Positions 34,816 through 37,685 of a stretch of DNA of 37,685 nucleotides are shown piece by piece. Below the pieces are notes generated by a model, which made no database searches, was not told the DNA's origin, and was given only the letters and a program-made list of their open reading frames with translations. The translations under genes were made by a program, and so were the position numbers. Position 1 is the stretch's first letter; each line of letters starts with the position of its first letter. Location: IMG/VR virus record IMGVR_UViG_3300048786_000060, positions 1-37,685 of that record; one strand, given 5' to 3'. This DNA is from a virus (Duplodnaviria; Caudoviricetes).

Positions 34816-35983
34816 CCCGACCGCACCCGCCGCCCAAGCAACGACCGCGATGACAACGACGACCACCACCGAAGCCGCGCCCGTCGCGGCCATTTCGCCC
34901 GATGCCGCCGCTGCCGCAAAGGACGGCGTAGCGTCACAAAGCGATAGGTCCAGCCGCCTGCTAGTCCATCAGCAGCAGCCCCCCCGTCTGCGCGTCCGTC
35001 CCGACGGCCTTGCCAGAGCCGCAGAGGCCATGAAGGCCCAGCTGGCAGCCAAGGCCGCGGAAGCGCCAAAGGTCGAACCAACTCCCGCAGAGACTGCCAA
35101 GGAAGAGGCGAAGGAGCCCACGAAGGAACCTCCCAAGGCCGACCCCAAGGCAGAAGAGAAACAGCAGCGGCTGTCCCGTGGTCTCGCCATCATCGCCGAG
35201 CGCGAAGTGAAGGTGCGGGCGTTAGAGAAATCCATCCAGTCCCAGCTCGCCCAGCTAGAGGCCAAGGCGGCGGCGGCGCAGGCCGACCCTGACGTGGCAT
35301 TCACCAAGGCGCTCAAAGAAGCGCTGGCGAAAGGCGGCAAGGCCGCGGTCCTTCAGACGCTCGGCATCGACTTGCGTAGCGGGATTGAAGAGCTTTCGCG
35401 GCAGTACCAGGACCCCACGCCCGAGGACATCGCGCGCAAGATCGCCCAGGAAGAGCTAGAGAAGCATACCTGGACGCTGGCCGAACAGGCCGCCAGCGAG
35501 CAGGCTGCGGCGATGGAGCGCGAGAAGGCCCGCGTCCAGGTCGCCCGCCAGGAGTTCGGCAGCAAGATCGAAACGGCGTTCGCGGCTGCATCGGATGATT
35601 TCCCCTGCATCGTAGCTCGCAAGATCACGTCCGATCAGGTTGTGGACTTCGCGGCCTACCTAGAGCGCGAGAACGGCGGCAAGACTCCAACGGCAGCCGA
35701 GGCGCTCAAGGAACTTGAGAAGCGACTCGATGCTGAATACGAAGACGTTACCAAGCGCAAAGCGGCCAAGACAAAAGCCGCCGAACCTATTACCATCGAA
35801 CCCGTGAAACCGCTGACGGCACCAACCGCCGCGGCCACGGCGAAGCAAGAACCGAAACCGGCAGAGCAACGAAGCCGGGAGAGAGGGCCGGTCGCTCCTG
35901 ATCCGAATCGTCGACCGAAAGGTGCGAAGATATCGGCACTGGACCGCGCGGCTCTCGCAATGAAGAACCTAGGCATCTCCTAA
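34808..35983 (+). CDS. Putative capsid scaffolding protein
   Basis: RBS AGGAG; Ala/Glu/Lys coiled-coil with disordered ends, immediately before the capsid gene. Confidence 0.7.
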   Translation: MADPTAPAAQATTAMTTTTTTEAAPVAAISPDAAAAAKDGVASQSDRSSRLLVHQQQPPRLRVRPDGLARAAEAMKAQLAAKAAEAPKVEPTPAETAKEEAKEPTKEPPKADPKAEEKQQRLSRGLAIIAEREVKVRALEKSIQSQLAQLEAKAAAAQADPDVAFTKALKEALAKGGKAAVLQTLGIDLRSGIEELSRQYQDPTPEDIARKIAQEELEKHTWTLAEQAASEQAAAMEREKARVQVARQEFGSKIETAFAAASDDFPCIVARKITSDQVVDFAAYLERENGGKTPTAAEALKELEKRLDAEYEDVTKRKAAKTKAAEPITIEPVKPLTAPTAAATAKQEPKPAEQRSRERGPVAPDPNRRPKGAKISALDRAALAMKNLGIS

Positions 35984-36080
35984 TAATCTCGGCCGCAAGG
36001 CACCCGAAGCACGCAGCAGTTACGGCGAAGCAACGAAGCCGGAGTGAATCCCCCCATGACCCCCACTCAGGAGCTACGCC

Positions 36081-37319
36081 ATGACATTCGACGCAACCGC
36101 TGCTGCAAACGTCCTCAAGCAGACCTATCCCGACGGTATTGTTCCCATCGACTACGCGCGGGCCAAGACGCTCGCGCTGCTCAAGAAGTCGAAGGGGACC
36201 ATTGTTTCCGGCCCATTCGGTGCCGGATTCGTTCAGCCGCTGAAGTACGGCAACCCGCAGGCCGGGTCCGCCACGTACGCAACCGGCTACAACCAGGCAG
36301 CGACTGAATACAGTCGTTACAGCCAGTGGTTCTTGACTCCGGGCGAGCTTTTCCAGTTCGCACGAGTGTCTGGAAAGGTGACTCGTATCGCGGAGGGAAC
36401 CGGCTCCTTCGTCAACGCGATGGTGTCCGAAATCGAGAACGCCCGCAACGCGCTCACGAGGCTGGACGAGATGGCGTTGGGCGGGGACGGCTCGGGCTCG
36501 TTCGCGCAAATTGGCTCCGTCGCCACAACCGTCATCACGCTCAAGAAGGCCTCGCAGGCGCGGTTTTTCGAGATTGGCCAGGCGCTTTGCTCGGGCACAA
36601 CCCTCCTGAGCGGCGGCCTGAAGAACAGCGGGACCGCCATCAAGATCACGAAGGTGGATGCGGCGGCCGGAACCCTCACGATGGCCAGCGACGTCACGGC
36701 GTCGACCGCATGGGCGGCCAATGACTACCTATTCCGCGCTGGCGATGTCGGGGCCTCGGTCGCGACGTACCTGTGGCCAGTCGGGTTCGCTGGGTTCGTG
36801 CCCGTGGCGACTCCGACGGGCTCGCTCTTCACAGTCGACCAGTCGCTGTCCGTCCGCACGGGTGGCAATCGGCGCGACGGCAGCAAGAGCGGAAACATCG
36901 AAGAGGCGTTGCTTGACCTATCGAGCGACATCGATTCTCAGGGCGGCGTTAACACCCACTGCGTGTTGGGGACCAAGACCCACAACAAGCTGGTGAAGTC
37001 GATGCTCAACAAGACGTTTTTTGACGTCGAGGACATTGACGGCGCTCCTCTCGGGTTCCGCGGTGTTCTGCTGGCAGGCGCCTCGGGTGATATGCTGTGC
37101 TACTCGGATGGGGCGTTCCCGGAAGAGGTCGCGTGGCAGTTTAACATCGATGACGTCGGCATCATCCACACCGGCAAGGATCTCATCATGCTGGAAGAGA
37201 AGGATGGCCTTCAGTTCCGCGAGGTCGCTGGCTCCGACGATTGGATGGCCCGCCTGGTCAGCTCGTGGCAGTTCCACGTGGATGCCCCAGGCCATGCCGG
37301 CGTGGTCAACAACCTGTAA
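36081..37319 (+). CDS. Major capsid protein
   Basis: RBS AGGAG; 412 aa; LKQTYPDG...LALLKK...PLKYGNP start and PGHAGVV end; follows the scaffold. Confidence 0.8.
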   Translation: MTFDATAAANVLKQTYPDGIVPIDYARAKTLALLKKSKGTIVSGPFGAGFVQPLKYGNPQAGSATYATGYNQAATEYSRYSQWFLTPGELFQFARVSGKVTRIAEGTGSFVNAMVSEIENARNALTRLDEMALGGDGSGSFAQIGSVATTVITLKKASQARFFEIGQALCSGTTLLSGGLKNSGTAIKITKVDAAAGTLTMASDVTASTAWAANDYLFRAGDVGASVATYLWPVGFAGFVPVATPTGSLFTVDQSLSVRTGGNRRDGSKSGNIEEALLDLSSDIDSQGGVNTHCVLGTKTHNKLVKSMLNKTFFDVEDIDGAPLGFRGVLLAGASGDMLCYSDGAFPEEVAWQFNIDDVGIIHTGKDLIMLEEKDGLQFREVAGSDDWMARLVSSWQFHVDAPGHAGVVNNL

Positions 37320-37352
37320 CGCCCGGTAACACGGGAAAGGACAATCGAAACC

Positions 37353-37685
37353 ATGTCGACCATCTTCAATCGAATCTTTCAGCCGGTCAGAGGTGTCAAC
37401 CGTTCTGGAATGGTGCTGATGACCGGATCCTTCACCGTCGGGAGTTCCGGCGCAGTCTCGGCCACCAACCTCGACTGCCCAGGATTCACGGTCACGAAGG
37501 AATCACAAGCCGGCCTCTACACGATCCAACTCGTGGCACCGGACGGCACGACGGCGGCATCTGCCTGCCAAGCAGTTGACAGCTCAGCTACCGCCACCTA
37601 CCCATGGGCGTTCCAGGCCATCCAAGCCACAGTCGTCAGTGCTGTGGCGGCCGGGACTCCTCTCACGACCAATAGCGCGATTTCG
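37353..37685 (+). CDS. Virion protein after the capsid gene (partial, runs off the window)
   Basis: RBS AAGGA; MSTIFNRIFQPVRG...GSFTVGSSGAV, open to the end of the window. Confidence 0.6.
   Translation, partial: MSTIFNRIFQPVRGVNRSGMVLMTGSFTVGSSGAVSATNLDCPGFTVTKESQAGLYTIQLVAPDGTTAASACQAVDSSATATYPWAFQAIQATVVSAVAAGTPLTTNSAIS

Noticed and set aside
1-37685. Integrase, att site or host flank establishing a prophage
   Set aside because: None visible; lifestyle and host cannot be determined from this window.

Overview
GC-rich tailed-phage (Caudoviricetes) genome or prophage segment covering most functional modules. The order is: end of a tail/receptor module (1-1.5 kb); a lysis region with membrane proteins, a papain-like cysteine peptidase and a CHAP endolysin (1.5-5.2 kb); a leftward cluster of small genes including an HNH (5.3-7.2 kb); a divergent control region; a YqaJ exonuclease plus annealing-protein pair (8.7-10.6 kb); a heavily rearranged accessory region; a replication initiator and DnaB (19.5-21.8 kb); accessory genes, an SLT and two glycosyltransferase-like genes; then GNAT, terminase, portal, scaffold and major capsid (28.7-37.7 kb). 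The accessory region holds truncated methyltransferase stubs, an IS1595-family element carrying an MTase plus PD-(D/E)xK nuclease, and a direct-repeat-flanked ParB/MT-A70 cassette. The most unusual structure is at 23934-24838: five tandem, translationally coupled mini-genes sharing a constant 42-bp junction (RBS, stop/start overlap, N-terminal leader) around hypervariable Trp/Ser/Ala/Arg cores written almost entirely in NNG codons. It lies directly behind a DUF6745-like gene pair. No integrase, tRNA, rRNA, cas gene or reverse transcriptase was seen. All family assignments come from motif recognition by eye, not from database searches.
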